DNA of 64,000 nucleotides from contig JAKOTU010000040.1 in NCBI GenBank assembly GCA_029776155.1, positions 46,484 to 110,483 on the forward strand, read 5' to 3'. This document shows positions 9,622 through 17,879 of this stretch, one piece after another. The translations under genes and the position numbers were made by a program. Each line of letters begins with the position of its first letter. Position 1 is the stretch's first letter. Under the pieces are notes generated by a model, which was not told the origin of the DNA, did not search any database, and worked only from the letters and a program-made list of their open reading frames with translations. Origin of the DNA: Bacillota bacterium (GTDB lineage Bacteria > Bacillota > Limnochordia > Darwinibacteriales > Darwinibacteriaceae).

Positions 9622-9650
9622 AGATTAACAAATTAAACGGAGGTAGTCAA
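9622..9650 (-). promoter_or_regulatory. sigma-A promoter of the FMN-binding gene
   Basis: TTGACT-17 nt-TAATCT with extended -10 TG. Confidence 0.7.
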
Positions 9651-9718
9651 GATGTTTAATCAAGAATATTCTATGCGTTTTGTGCGGCTGTTTAGCAACT
9701 CGCAGAAGGCGCGGCAGT

Positions 9719-9967
9719 TCAGTTGTGCTGCGTAATGGTGGTGACCATCACCACATCATGTCCCTGCCTGCAGTTTTCTTGAAAGAGGTGGCGCAAGGCA
9801 CTCCAGACTTCATCGGCACTCCCTGTGATTGTCGTATCAAGGGAGGTGCTGCTCTGGCGAAAATCGTAATCCAGGGCGTGCTCCGCCAGGAACTTGGTGG
9901 GCAGCCCTGTAAGGGTCTTCAGTCCCTCCTGGTCAACGGGGTATAAGGAAACCTGTGCTTTGAGCAT
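9719..9967 (-). CDS. thiamine-binding/YkoF-like (DUF77-type) small protein
   Basis: N-terminal AQVSLYP and T-I-G..D-V pattern; AGGAGG RBS. Confidence 0.6.
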   Translation of the reverse strand: MLKAQVSLYPVDQEGLKTLTGLPTKFLAEHALDYDFRQSSTSLDTTITGSADEVWSALRHLFQENCRQGHDVVMVTTITQHN

Positions 9968-10022
9968 AAAAAGCCTACACCTCCTGTGCATATTATGGCC
10001 AGAAGGTGCAGGCTTCAGTCAC

Positions 10023-10952
10023 TTAGCGATTGGGTACACACACAATCTGCCCTGGTCTGATCTGATTGGGATTGGGGATTTGGGGGTTGGCACGGATTAG
10101 GGCATCCAGTGATACCCCAAATCTGCGGGCGATGTTGAACATGGTATCGCCGGGCTTTACGGTATAGGCAAAGGTCCCAGCGGGGCACTGGCTAGGTGGT
10201 GTCTGGGAGACGATGGGTACGCATACGATCTGCCCTGGGAAGATCAGATTGGGGTTGGGGATCTGGGGATTGGCGGCAATGAGGGCGTTGAGGGAGACCC
10301 CGAAACGTTGGGCAATCAGGAACATGCTGTCCCCTGGCTGGACTGTATAGGCGAAGGTTCCAGGCGGGCAGCGGCCATCTGTTCTGGGTACACACACAAT
10401 CTGTCCCGGGAAGATGAGGTTGGGATTGGTGATCTGGGGATTGGCCGCGATCAGTGCGTTGAGGGATACCCCAAACCTCTGGGCAATGGAGAACATGCTA
10501 TCGCCAGGCTGTACCGTATAGCTGAACGTATTGGGCGGGCAGGTGAACTCGGGAACACACACGATCTGCCCCGGGAAGATCAGGTTAGGATTGGGAATCT
10601 GGGGATTGGCGGCGATCAGGGCGTCTAAAGAAACTCCAAACTTCTGGGCGATGGAGAACATGGTATCACCTGGCTGCACTGTGTAGCGGAAGGTGCCGGG
10701 GGGGCAGGTCACCTGTGAACGGGGAATGCAGACAATCTGTCCGGGGCGGAGCTGGCTGGGATCCGGGATCTGGGGATTGGCGGCGATTAAGGCGTCAAGG
10801 CTTACCCCAAATTGCCGGGCAATGGAAAACATGGTATCTCCAGGGCGAACGACATAGGGGAAGGTATTAGGTCCGCAGACTTGGGCAGCTTCTGGATTAG
10901 CCTGGGGTTCCGTTTGGGCCTGCTCGGTGGCAAGTTTTTCTTGGTCTTCCAA
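10023..10952 (-). CDS. five-LysM repeat protein (SafA/ExsA-like spore coat assembly protein)
   Basis: Five YxVxPGDxMFxIAxxFGVSLxALIxANPQI repeats; TTG start after AAAGGAGG; the longer ORF-track start overlaps a tRNA. Confidence 0.85.
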   Translation of the reverse strand: MEDQEKLATEQAQTEPQANPEAAQVCGPNTFPYVVRPGDTMFSIARQFGVSLDALIAANPQIPDPSQLRPGQIVCIPRSQVTCPPGTFRYTVQPGDTMFSIAQKFGVSLDALIAANPQIPNPNLIFPGQIVCVPEFTCPPNTFSYTVQPGDSMFSIAQRFGVSLNALIAANPQITNPNLIFPGQIVCVPRTDGRCPPGTFAYTVQPGDSMFLIAQRFGVSLNALIAANPQIPNPNLIFPGQIVCVPIVSQTPPSQCPAGTFAYTVKPGDTMFNIARRFGVSLDALIRANPQIPNPNQIRPGQIVCVPNR

Positions 10953-11058
10953 CGTGAATCCTCCTTTACACATCAATACCGCGGGGACGGGAGGAGCGCG
11001 CCTGGTCCCCATTTGCGGTTCATACCAGGATATGAGTGGAAAGGAGGATGTGTTCCTC

Positions 11059-11087
11059 TTGACACGAGCAAAAAGCTGTGCTAAAGT
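11059..11087 (+). promoter_or_regulatory. sigma-A promoter of tRNA-Asn
   Basis: TTGACA-17 nt-TAAAGT with extended -10 TG. Confidence 0.75.
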
Positions 11088-11098
11088 GTACTTAGTGT

Positions 11099-11173
<75 letters not shown>

Positions 11174-11177
11174 GCAT

Positions 11178-11208
11178 GAAAGCGACTAGGTCAATCCTAG
11201 TCGCTTTC
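11178..11208. terminator. hairpin terminator between tRNA-Asn and pspC
   Basis: GAAAGCGACTAGG-tcaat-CCTAGTCGCTTTC. Confidence 0.75.
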
Positions 11209-11227
11209 TCCAGTCCTGGGGTCCTTT

Positions 11228-11413
11228 TCAGCGTTGTTCGGGGATAATGATCCAGGCGAGGATGTAAGCTAAGATACCGGTGCCATAGAAGAGGGCCAAA
11301 ACAGCCCAGATCAGGCGGACAATGGTGGGATCAACGTTCAGATATTCTGCTATCCCACCGCAGACACCGCCGATTTTTCTGTCTCTGGAACGGTACAGGC
11401 GCTTGCTCATCAA
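11228..11413 (-). CDS. PspC domain protein
   Basis: KRLYRSRDRKIGGVCGGIAEYLNVDPTIVR followed by a TM segment. Confidence 0.9.
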   Translation of the reverse strand: MMSKRLYRSRDRKIGGVCGGIAEYLNVDPTIVRLIWAVLALFYGTGILAYILAWIIIPEQR

Positions 11414-12393
11414 CTGCCCTCCCTTTGCCAGACTTCTGGATTGACCAAGTTGCGGGGACGTCTGCCCCCGAGAACCGCCAACACGTCATCTACAACAAGA
11501 TCCACCATGCGCAGGCGGGTCTCCATTCCCGCGCTGCCTATGTGGGGCGCGAGCACGACGTTGGACAGTCCCCCAAGCCCCGGATGCAGGGCCGGCTCGT
11601 CCTCAAACACATCTAAGCCGGCGGCAAAGATCTGACCTGTCTGCAGGGCCTGCACTAAAGCAGCCTCATCCACCACCGGCCCCCGGGCCGTGTTGATGAG
11701 TACTGCCGTGGGTTTCATCAATTTGAACTCTTCCGTTCCGATCAGGTGCCTGGTCTGGGGTGTGAGGGGGCAGTGAAGGGAGATGAAATCGGCCTCTTGC
11801 AGGAGCGTTTTGAGGTCAGCATATTCCAGGTTTAAGTCCCGTTCCACCTTCTCCGGGAGCCTGGTGCGGTTGTAGTACATAAGCCGCATGCCGAAACCCA
11901 ACGCCCTGCGGGCTACCGCTTGGCCGATACGGCCTGCGCCGATGATGCCCAAGGTCTTGCCGTGGACCTCCACTCCCAAAAGCAGCTCAGGCGCCCAGCC
12001 TTGGAAGCGCCCGGCCCGCACTAAGGCGTCCCCTTCCACCAAACGGCGCGCCGCGGCTAGAAGGAGTGCCCAGGCAAAATCTGCTGTGGCATCGGTGAGC
12101 ACATCGGGGGTGTTCACCACGGCAATGCCTTGGGCTGTGGCCGCGGCCAGATCAATATTGTTGAAGCCCACAGCATAGTTGGCGATTACCTTGAGTCTCT
12201 GACCCGCCCCGATCACCTCGGCATCCAGGGGATTGGCCAGCATGGTGATGATGGCATCCTGCTCAGGAATGACCGCCAGCAGTTCCTGCTTGGTCATGTT
12301 GCGATCTTCGGGGAAGACGGTGACCTGACAGATATCCTTCAGCCGCTCCAGGGCTTGGCCAGGTAGTCTTCTGGTGACAAATACGCGGTACAT
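11410..12393 (-). CDS. D-2-hydroxyacid dehydrogenase (glyoxylate/D-glycerate reductase, GyaR-like)
   Basis: GIIGAGRIG, INTARG, LDVFE, PHIGSA. Confidence 0.9.
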   Translation of the reverse strand: MYRVFVTRRLPGQALERLKDICQVTVFPEDRNMTKQELLAVIPEQDAIITMLANPLDAEVIGAGQRLKVIANYAVGFNNIDLAAATAQGIAVVNTPDVLTDATADFAWALLLAAARRLVEGDALVRAGRFQGWAPELLLGVEVHGKTLGIIGAGRIGQAVARRALGFGMRLMYYNRTRLPEKVERDLNLEYADLKTLLQEADFISLHCPLTPQTRHLIGTEEFKLMKPTAVLINTARGPVVDEAALVQALQTGQIFAAGLDVFEDEPALHPGLGGLSNVVLAPHIGSAGMETRLRMVDLVVDDVLAVLGGRRPRNLVNPEVWQREGS

Positions 12394-12416
12394 AGTTACA
12401 CTCCTTTCATCGTATT

Positions 12417-12443
12417 ATTCTTGCCCTTGGGCGGAGATCCTTT
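12417..12443 (-). promoter_or_regulatory. sigma-H-type promoter
   Basis: AAAGGA-17 nt-GAAT upstream of the dehydrogenase. Confidence 0.6.
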
Positions 12444-12523
12444 TCAGTTTGCAAAGAGTTCAAAAGACCCGGCAGGGTTTCGCCTTAGAGTCGTTGAACT
12501 AACCCTCTAAGCCAAGGGAGGGA

Positions 12524-13291
12524 GTGCGCGTGGCAGCAGTCATAGCCCTAGCTAATCAAAAAGGGGGAGTGGGCAAGACCACTTCAACCTATAACCTGGG
12601 TGTGGCCCTGGCCGATGTAGGTCAAAGGGTACTGCTTTTGGACCTAGATCCCCAAGGAGGGCTCACCTATTACTCCGGTTTTGAACCAGAGGAGCTGGGA
12701 AAGACTATTTATCACTGTTTGGTGCGCAATACCCCTGCGCGGGAAGTCATGCTCAAGAACGACTATGGAGTGGACCTGCTGCCAGCCAATATTGACCTTT
12801 CCTTAGCCGAGTTCCAATTGGTGAGCGCGCCCGCTAGGGAGCGGCGCATCACCCGCATCATCAACGAGCTGAGGGACGAATACGATTTTATACTCATTGA
12901 CTGCCAACCTTCGTTGGGGCTGTTGACCATTAACGCGTTGGCGGCTGCGGATGAGGTGATTATCCCGGTCTCCTGCGAGTTCTTGAGTATCAGGGGAACA
13001 CGGGCCCTGCTCAAGCTAATAGCTAAGGTAAGGGGGTCCCTCAACAGCAAGCTGCAGATTGCCGGGATCCTGCCTACTTTGTTTGATAACCGTACTCGGC
13101 ACGGCCGGGAAGTGCTGGCCCGTTTGGTTGAAGAGTTCCCCAACATCTACCTCTATCCCCACGCGGTGCCCCGCAGCATCCGCTTTGCAGAGTCTGCGGC
13201 CAGTCAAAAACCAATCTATGAAGGGAAATTCCAGGTACCCGGAGCATTGGCCTACCGGGAGCTGGCCAGAGAGTTAGTGAGGAAGAAATAG
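12524..13291 (+). CDS. ParA/Soj-family ATPase
   Basis: NQKGGVGKTT, DLDPQ, IDCQPSLG motifs. Confidence 0.92.
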   Translation: MRVAAVIALANQKGGVGKTTSTYNLGVALADVGQRVLLLDLDPQGGLTYYSGFEPEELGKTIYHCLVRNTPAREVMLKNDYGVDLLPANIDLSLAEFQLVSAPARERRITRIINELRDEYDFILIDCQPSLGLLTINALAAADEVIIPVSCEFLSIRGTRALLKLIAKVRGSLNSKLQIAGILPTLFDNRTRHGREVLARLVEEFPNIYLYPHAVPRSIRFAESAASQKPIYEGKFQVPGALAYRELARELVRKK

Positions 13292-13313
13292 AAGAGGCAT
13301 TGGAGGAGTAGTA

Positions 13314-14789
13314 GTGATGAACACAGTCCGTGTACGTTTTGCACCGAGCCCCACAGGGTATCTCCACGTGGGCGGAGCCAGGACCGCTTTGTTTAATTGG
13401 TTGTATGCCAGGCAGCACCAAGGCGTTTTTGTGCTGCGCATTGAGGATACGGATCTGGCCCGTTCCACAGAAGAATCGGTGCAGGTTATTCTTGATGCCC
13501 TGGAGTACCTTGGCCTAGATTGGGATGAGGGGCCCAGGAAAGGGGGCAGTTACGGACCGTATTTCCAAAGTGAACGCCTGGATCTCTACAGGCAGTATGT
13601 TCAGAAGCTGATGGACATGGGCCGGGCTTACAAATGCTACTGCACCCCGGAAGAACTGGATAAAAAGCGGGAAGAGCAGATCAAGCGGGGCGAGTCCACC
13701 AAATACGACCGGCACTGCCTCAACCTCACCCCAGAAGAGGAAGCTAAATACCAAGCAGAAGGGCGCATTCCTGTGATCCGTTTTAGGTCCTTGGATGAAG
13801 GGACAACGGAAGTGGATGACCTGATCCGGGGTAAGGTGCGCTTTGATAACGTGGCCCAGGTGGACGACTTTGTGATCATGAAATCTGATGGCATGCCCAC
13901 CTACAACTTCGCAGTGGTGATCGATGATGCCCTCATGCGCATTACCCATGTCATCAGGGGTGAAGACCACCTGTCCAATACACCCAAGCAGATTCAGATT
14001 TACGAGGCCTTGGGCTTTCCCGTGCCCCGGTTTGCCCACATCCCCATGATCCTTGGGCCCGATAAGGCCTTGCTCAGCAAGCGCCATGGCGCCACATCGG
14101 TGCTCCAGTTTAAGGAAAACGGCTATTTGCCGGCGGCCATGGTGAACTACTTGGCCCTGCTGGGTTGGAGTTATGACGATTCCCAAACCTTGTTCTCCGT
14201 TGAAGAACTGGTGGAGAAGTTCAGTTTGGACAAGGTGTCGAAGAATCCAGCTGTGTTTGATCTTCAGAAGCTGGACTGGATGAACGGAGTTTATATCCGG
14301 GAGCTGCCTGTGGAAGAGCTGTTTGCCCATGTGCTTCCTTACTGGCAGCGCGCTGGGCTTATGCCCTTAGAAGTGAACCAGGAACTGAGGGAGTACAGCC
14401 TGCGCATCCTCAAGGAGCTCCAGCCCCGCATGAAGCTGTTGGCTGAGGCGGTGGAGCTGGCCCGTTACTTCTTTGATGATCAATACGAGTACAATCCAGA
14501 GGCGGTGGACAGGATTCTCACCAAACCCCAGACCATAGAGATTCTGCGCTATCTGGCAGATGTGGTAGCGGAGGCACCCCAGCTCGACGAGGAACACCTC
14601 AAGCCCCAGTTTAAGGCGGGGATGGAGAAGTTCGGAGTGAAAATGGGTGATCTGATGCAGCCGCTGCGCGTTGCCATCACCGGGACTAATGTGAGCCCCG
14701 GTATCTACGAAGTGCTGGATTTGGTGGGGCGGGAGAGAACTCTAAAGAGGATTGAACGGACTGTCCAGATGCTGGCAGAAAGGGGTTGA
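13314..14789 (+). CDS. gltX: glutamate--tRNA ligase
   Basis: RFAPSPTGYLHVGG, LRIEDTD, IRGEDH, LSKRHG. Confidence 0.97.
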   Translation: MMNTVRVRFAPSPTGYLHVGGARTALFNWLYARQHQGVFVLRIEDTDLARSTEESVQVILDALEYLGLDWDEGPRKGGSYGPYFQSERLDLYRQYVQKLMDMGRAYKCYCTPEELDKKREEQIKRGESTKYDRHCLNLTPEEEAKYQAEGRIPVIRFRSLDEGTTEVDDLIRGKVRFDNVAQVDDFVIMKSDGMPTYNFAVVIDDALMRITHVIRGEDHLSNTPKQIQIYEALGFPVPRFAHIPMILGPDKALLSKRHGATSVLQFKENGYLPAAMVNYLALLGWSYDDSQTLFSVEELVEKFSLDKVSKNPAVFDLQKLDWMNGVYIRELPVEELFAHVLPYWQRAGLMPLEVNQELREYSLRILKELQPRMKLLAEAVELARYFFDDQYEYNPEAVDRILTKPQTIEILRYLADVVAEAPQLDEEHLKPQFKAGMEKFGVKMGDLMQPLRVAITGTNVSPGIYEVLDLVGRERTLKRIERTVQMLAERG

Positions 14790-14793
14790 CGCC

Positions 14794-15210
14794 ATGGTTC
14801 AGGCGCAAGTACGCTGGAACGGTAAAATGGGTTTTGTGGGTGTTTCTGGCTCTAACCATGCCGTGGTAATGGATGTACGCAAGGAAAACGGCGGCGACGG
14901 AACTGCCCCCAGCCCCATGGAGCTGGTCCTCATGGCCTTGGCAGGGTGCTCTGGGGTGGATGTGGCCCAGATCGTGAAAAAGAAGCGCCTTAAGGTCAGG
15001 GACTTCCAGGTTTTCGTGGAAGGGGAGCGGGCAGAGGAGCACCCCCGGGTGTTTACCAGGGTGCAGCTCACTTTTGTCTTTGCAGGAGAGGATCTCACCC
15101 GCAAACCCTTGGAAGATGCGGTGCGCCTTTCCCTGGAGAAGTACTGCTCGGTCGCGGGCATGGTGGGCAAAACCGCAGAGATTGACTGGCAGGTCCAGAT
15201 CAAGGAGTAG
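14794..15210 (+). CDS. OsmC-family protein (YhfA-like)
   Basis: PSPMELVLMALAGC and LSLEKYCSV conserved cysteines. Confidence 0.88.
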   Translation: MVQAQVRWNGKMGFVGVSGSNHAVVMDVRKENGGDGTAPSPMELVLMALAGCSGVDVAQIVKKKRLKVRDFQVFVEGERAEEHPRVFTRVQLTFVFAGEDLTRKPLEDAVRLSLEKYCSVAGMVGKTAEIDWQVQIKE

Positions 15211-15217
15211 GCCGAAT

Positions 15218-15757
15218 ATGAAGATTTACACCGGAGCGGGGGATGGGGGACAGACCAGATTGGGCACAGGCTTACCTGTGCCCAAGGGCGACCCTACTGT
15301 GGACGCTTATGGAACGGTAGATGAGTTGTCTAGCTTCATTGGTTTGGCCCTAACTGCGGTCCATGATGAGGATCTGGTCCAGGAGCTGATCTGGGTGCAG
15401 CAGAGACTGCACCTTCTGGGGGCTATCTTGGCCTTTCCTGGGCGCACCGAAAGCAGTTGGGGCGAACTTACCGGGGAGGACGTGAAGCATCTGGAGGCCG
15501 CCATCGATGCCCTCAGCCAAGGGCTGCCTGCGCTCCGGGGTTTTGTGCTCCCCGGAGGAACCCCGGGTGCGGCTTTTCTCCACTGTGCCCGCAGCATTGC
15601 CCGGCGGGCGGAGCGGGCGGTAAGCCGCCTAAACCCACAGGATTATCCACTGGGCGGCTGGATCTTGCCCTTTTTGAATAGGCTCAGCGACTACCTCTTC
15701 TGCGCGGCCAGGGTGGTAAACCACCGCCACGGTTCAGGAGATCGGTTGGTGGACTAA
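15218..15757 (+). CDS. ATP:cob(I)alamin adenosyltransferase (PduO type)
   Basis: KIYTGAGDGGQT, AYGTVDELSS, ARRAER, NRLSDYLF. Confidence 0.92.
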   Translation: MKIYTGAGDGGQTRLGTGLPVPKGDPTVDAYGTVDELSSFIGLALTAVHDEDLVQELIWVQQRLHLLGAILAFPGRTESSWGELTGEDVKHLEAAIDALSQGLPALRGFVLPGGTPGAAFLHCARSIARRAERAVSRLNPQDYPLGGWILPFLNRLSDYLFCAARVVNHRHGSGDRLVD

Positions 15758-15778
15758 CAAGAAAATGCGGCAAAACCC

Positions 15779-15807
15779 TTGCCATTTTTCCGAGCGTGTG
15801 GTATATT
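15779..15807 (+). promoter_or_regulatory. sigma-A promoter of tRNA-Gln
   Basis: TTGCCA-17 nt-TATATT with extended -10 TG. Confidence 0.7.
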
Positions 15808-15821
15808 AAGTTTCAGAGTGC

Positions 15822-15895
15822 TGGGGGATCGTCTAACGGCAGGACGGAGGACTCTGACTCCTCTAGTCTAGGTTCGAATCCTAGTCCCCCAGCCA
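15822..15895 (+). tRNA. tRNA-Gln(CTG)
   Basis: TGGGGGA...TCCCCCA-G-CCA acceptor; anticodon arm GAGGA-CT-CTG-AC-TCCTC; GTTCGAATC. Confidence 0.96.
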
Positions 15896-15910
15896 TTTCT
15901 GTGAGTATAG

Positions 15911-15990
15911 GGAGACCGCTGTGGCGGTCTTTTTTTCTTGGCACCGCCAACTGGGGTCCTAAAGAAAAGAGACCGCGTGTCGCGGTCTCT
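15911..15990. terminator. two back-to-back intrinsic terminators (tRNA-Gln on +, lipoprotein gene on -)
   Basis: AGACCGC-tgtg-GCGGTCT+T6, and A-tract+AGAGACCGCG-tgt-CGCGGTCTCT. Confidence 0.75.
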
Positions 15991-16457
15991 TAGTCGACTA
16001 TGCCTATCTGCTCGTCCTTGTAAATTCCCCACTTGCCTTCTGCTTTGCGCAGTTCCAGCCTCCGGTATTCTTCATACACGTCCTCGGGGCCTCCGAAGCG
16101 GGAGCGGTCTTTGACATAGGCTGTCAGTTCGGCCACAGCTTCGTCCTTACCTAGGTTGATTTCCCGTTCGAGAACTCGATAGTCTAGGACCTCTGCGATC
16201 TGGAACAATTGGTTATACTCCCAGCGAACATTGGCGCGGTCCATGAGTTCCAGGCCAAGTGACCCGACGAAAGGCAGGTTGGCAAGGTCCGCTAACGCGT
16301 CCGCACTGTTGCCTCGCATGCCTTGCTCGTAGCGATTGATCAACTCGTTGATCGCCTTCTTGTCAGAGGCGGAACCGGTGAGGTTCGGTACACAGCCCGT
16401 CAACAGCAGCGCAGCAGTAAGTACCGCAACCAGAATACCAAGAGTTTTTCCTTTCAT
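15990..16457 (-). CDS. lipoprotein, NTF2-like fold likely
   Basis: Lipobox LTGC; helix-then-strand pattern ending LRKAEGKWGI. Confidence 0.75.
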   Translation of the reverse strand: MKGKTLGILVAVLTAALLLTGCVPNLTGSASDKKAINELINRYEQGMRGNSADALADLANLPFVGSLGLELMDRANVRWEYNQLFQIAEVLDYRVLEREINLGKDEAVAELTAYVKDRSRFGGPEDVYEEYRRLELRKAEGKWGIYKDEQIGIVD

Positions 16458-16752
16458 ACAGACTCCCCCGTTTGTCTAGTCTAGGTTTTCAGCGTTGACT
16501 ACCCGTATGCCTGGATCTAAGTTTTTTGGGGTTCACCTTCCTTCGTGATAGGGTGTTTGGCCTGTTGTTTTCCTGTAATTTCCATTAATTGTAACATAAA
16601 AGGCGGGGAGTCACAAAGTATTTTCAAGATTTACTGAGGGGGAGTTAGGTTATTTTTTTGTTGCCTCTGGCAGTTTTGACCACTGGTGGGCGCAGGTATT
16701 GGCAGGACAATGGCCCTGGGTCCAGAAGATAAACTGCTGGACAAGGGAAGAC

Positions 16753-17796
16753 TTAGAACCGGAGGATCTGGGCTGCTGGCTGCCACGAGGGTGGTGCTGG
16801 TTTAAAGGTGTGCAGCACCAGTTTGTACAGCGCGACCGTTTTGGCTGCCATCTCTGAGCTGGACAGGTGGCTTACCGCATAACTTCTTCCCCAGTTCTGG
16901 AGCTTTTTTAAGCGGTGAGGTCTGTGCAGCAGGGCATGGAGATCGTACTTCAGATCCGCAAGTTCATAGCGGCCCAGATTGCCGCTGAAATCGAAATCGT
17001 CCTGTTTGACCAAGCGGGGGGAGATCACTCCATCATAGGCCTGCTGCATGAGCAGCACGGCATTTCCACAGCTCAAAGCTTCCCGGGCTGTGCGCCCACA
17101 GGCCGCCACGATGCCTGAACTCTGGAGATGGGGCACCAGATTTACCTGCCAAGGCAGGTAAACGGTACCAGGGATTTCGGGATCGAAGTTAGAAATAATC
17201 TTCAAAGGTGTGCCCACCAGAAGGGAGTTGGCTTCAGCCAAGTACCTGAGGGGCTCGAGACGCTTTTTCTCCAAGCGTCCTACATACAAAAGGGCTCGCC
17301 GGGGTCCGCTTCTGCCCGGGGGCGGGGCGAACACATCGGTGTCTATGCCGTTGGGAATGATGTGCACCTTCTGCCGAAACTCACTGAGCTGCTCAGCGAC
17401 CTTGGGTCCGATGGCGATAATGGCACTGGCCGAAGCCAGGAAGTGGCGGAAGCGGGGCTGGTTAAAGCCCAGTCCGTGGCAGGTGACGAGGTAGGGTATT
17501 TTGAGGTGATGGGACAGCACCTGGGCCTGTTGAAACAAGGTTGAGCTCTGGGCGTGAATGAGATCCGGTGCCAACAGGCGCCCTTCGACGAGCATGGCCT
17601 TAAGGCCCCCGCTGCGGGAGAAGGAGATTCTGTGCCGCTGTAAGTAAGGGACATAATCGCTCCAAAAGAGCTTGGTATGGATAGTGCCGAAGGCAATATG
17701 CGGTTCGATTCCCAGTTTTTTCAACTGTTTGGCCAGCTCCAGGACGTGGGTCGTTTGGCCGCTTAAAAAGAAATCGGACAACAGCAGGACCTTCAA
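16753..17796 (-). CDS. glycosyltransferase family 4
   Basis: SGQTTHV-ELA, DLIHAQS, VTCHG, IPNGIDT, LYVGRL, EALSCG. Confidence 0.85.
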   Translation of the reverse strand: MKVLLLSDFFLSGQTTHVLELAKQLKKLGIEPHIAFGTIHTKLFWSDYVPYLQRHRISFSRSGGLKAMLVEGRLLAPDLIHAQSSTLFQQAQVLSHHLKIPYLVTCHGLGFNQPRFRHFLASASAIIAIGPKVAEQLSEFRQKVHIIPNGIDTDVFAPPPGRSGPRRALLYVGRLEKKRLEPLRYLAEANSLLVGTPLKIISNFDPEIPGTVYLPWQVNLVPHLQSSGIVAACGRTAREALSCGNAVLLMQQAYDGVISPRLVKQDDFDFSGNLGRYELADLKYDLHALLHRPHRLKKLQNWGRSYAVSHLSSSEMAAKTVALYKLVLHTFKPAPPSWQPAAQILRF

Positions 17797-17879
17797 GCAT
17801 AATCCCCCCAAGTTCCGCTTCTACATAATGTATGCGTTCGGTGGGAAAGGGTACTAAACTCAGCATAAGGGGTGCGGGC

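Noticed and set aside
10023-10870. Roughly 160-bp direct repeats resembling an array
   Set aside because: These are in-frame LysM coding repeats with no repeat-spacer structure and no cas genes; not CRISPR.
16458-16585. Leader of the lipoprotein gene loosely resembling a c-di-GMP-I riboswitch (GGCCAAAC...GAA...CCAAAA)
   Set aside because: It lacks a clean GNRA-capped P2, GCAAA and tetraloop-receptor elements; not supportable without an RF01051 search.
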